From Octopus sinensis (Eukaryota), in NCBI RefSeq assembly GCF_006345805.1, contig NC_042999.1, positions 172,670,001 through 172,734,000 of the forward strand: DNA of 64,000 nt, given 5' to 3'. The translations under genes and the position numbers were made by a program. The notes under the pieces were generated by a model that did no database searches, was not told the origin of the DNA, and saw only the letters and a list, made by a program, of their open reading frames with translations. Of the stretch, positions 61,857-64,000 are shown in pieces (within the stretch, counting starts at the first letter, position 1; each line of letters starts with the position of its first letter).

Positions 61857-62024
61857 TAGCTGATGCAGAATTACGGGCCTTCTCTTTGTCTTCCGTTCGT
61901 CTTTACATTCAGTATACGTTACGTCGTTCATTTATACAGTTTTTCAGTTATCAAGTAATGGTACGCAACACACACAGAATTTGTATATATGTCTGTATAT
62001 ATGTTATATATACGTAAATAAGAT

Positions 62025-62226
62025 GGTGACCTGGCAGGATTGTTAGCACGCAGAGCAAAGTACTTACCGGCGTGTCATCAGTCTTCATGTCTTGAGTTCA
62101 AATTCCGAGGCGGTTGACTTTGCCGTTCATCCTTTCTGGGTCGATAAATTCAATATCATTTGGGCATTGGTGTGGATGTAATCGACTTACCCCCTTCTGC
62201 AAAATGGCTGGCCTTGTTCCAAACTA
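62025..62226 (+). mobile_element. SINE family B copy
   Basis: GGTGACCTGGCAGGATTGTTAGC...GAGTTCAAATTCCG...GACTTTGCCGTTCATCCTTTC.GGGTCGATAAATT...GTAATCGACTTACCCCC. Confidence 0.8.
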
Positions 62227-62234
62227 TGTATATA

Positions 62235-62302
<68 letters not shown>

Positions 62303-64000
62303 TTATGTATATAATCAAACCAAATAGTTAAACATTTTAAATGAACAAATAAAAAACAAAAAAAGTAAAACTACGAACGTGAGGACATATTTTTTTATGC
62401 ATTTGTGTGTCTGTGAACGTGGCTGTGTGTGACAGCGATTTTTCCTTTTTGTTTTTTTGTGCATATGTTTGTAGTTTTATATCTATTCAGCTAAGTCAAT
62501 GCAAACTTTATGTCATCCGAGAAGCATTTTTTTTACGCTCTTTAACATACAGCGTCACCAGGATCGCCATATATTTTATGCTATAATCAGTTTCAAATAA
62601 ACGTAATTAACTTGACTGTGAACACTTTTGACTGACCTTATAGAAGTGAATTGAAAATGAACAATAATAGTTGAGATAATTTAGTGATTTAAGTTAAATG
62701 TTCAGATTACGGAATCAGTACATAATATTGATTTCGCTGAATCTGACTATCCAAATAAGTAAATGATTTCAGATGTATCAGATGGTTAATCCTCTTCGGG
62801 ACTTTCTTTTACTTTTTTTTTACTTATTTTGTAAATCTCTGTGAGAAATGAAAACAGGAAAGAAAAGGTGCTAAAAAATGATAGTTAGTCAAGAACACTC
62901 TTTGCATCACAGCTCTTGTGTTTCGAATGCAAAACTTCCGTCATCTCACATTTAATTTGGTAAGCAATTCAGTTAATTAACTACAATTAGTATAGTCTAA
63001 AGCAAAGGAAAAAAGTGAACAATTTTTCTTTTACAGTCAGGTATTATTTTATTTCTGCCAACTGACTGTATTTAACTTCAATACACTTATATGTTGTGAA
63101 GTGGTCTTACATTGGAGTAAATCTATCAGGTAAGATTTACATCATATTGCTATTGTCCTACGATTTGATTTATAATCCACTCAGTGTCGATTACAACGTT
63201 AATCTTCTCCTGTGCTAACAATGATTTTCTTCCTTCGGACCTGATACAATAAGTATAAAGCTTGCTCTGAGTAGATTCAATTTACTGTACTCCCCTTTAA
63301 ATTTGCTGCCTGGTACCATCGTAAGAAATCAATATTCAAACGACATAACGGAAACTGAAGATATCAATTGATGACTCACTTTCAATTTCACATTGAAGCC
63401 ACTTTCCTTTATTTACATCGATAATAAAGATGAAAGGAGAACGAGTTAGCTCTTGTGTGGATTCAATGTACGGGGAATAAAATAGTATTACTTAGGAATC
63501 GAAACTCCTTTGCGAAATTGAGTCCGTCAGCTTAAATCTTTGATCTTCAATGACCGCCATATCCATTAACAAATATTAATTTCTCACTTTGACACAGGCA
63601 CATACATTGTAGATTACGTATGTCATTCATATATTCAGCATCATTGATACTACTGCTGTCGAAAGCATGAAACACGATATTGCCTGGGGAAGGATTAGCA
63701 TATAGATTGTAATGAGCTATAACTGATATTTCTTCAAGTAAATTTAACCCTGCATTCAATTGCACGTGTTTTCAATGCACTTGTGGTCGCACATACTCTA
63801 TGTTCTGTTTTTTACAGGAATAAAAAAAAATACTGTGACGAAAGAGGTAGAGTGTTGAAGAAACTGTTTTCTGCATTTAGTTAAGTCGTTTTATCTTCAA
63901 CTTTTAGATAATTCTATAATGAAACATTCTTTCCATACCCTTTGATTTGTTAATGTGACGACGTCGTTTTAATCGGCTGAGTTTCCTCCCACAAAATGTG

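Noticed and set aside
63547-63765. 72-aa minus-strand ORF with normal-looking composition, possible host exon
   Set aside because: Starts at GTG directly after an in-frame TGA with no acceptor AG in between; no recognisable domain. A TBLASTN/RNA-seq check would be needed to revive it.

Overview
AT-rich eukaryotic non-genic (intergenic or intronic) DNA packed with microsatellites and retroelement debris. The tRNA-derived SINE families and the (TA)n/(GATA)n/(TAA)n density suggest an octopod cephalopod genome (inference; no search run). I recognise no host protein-coding exon, rRNA, true tRNA or CRISPR array, and nearly all short ORFs in the track are translations of simple repeats or antisense shadows. 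Main content: (1) a near-complete Penelope-like element (PLE, ~31.0-36.0 kb) with an intact 717-aa RT + GIY-YIG ORF, a decayed upstream ORF joined at a U-UUU-UUA slippery site, and inverted/direct pseudo-LTRs; (2) two further PLE relics; (3) at least seven fragments of restriction-like-endonuclease (R4/Dong-type) non-LTR elements, most bounded by (TAA)n; (4) RTE and CR1-type LINE relics, three SINE families, a deleted mariner and several MITEs. The most interesting signal is a set of about ten type I hammerhead-ribozyme motifs, folded by eye, with canonical and variant cores (including a U3-A8 compensatory core supported by covariation). They lie in PLE pseudo-LTRs and in two ORF-less tandem/inverted elements (~599-bp and ~476-bp units) that look like retrozyme-type, potentially circular-RNA-producing parasites of PLEs inserted in (TA)n.
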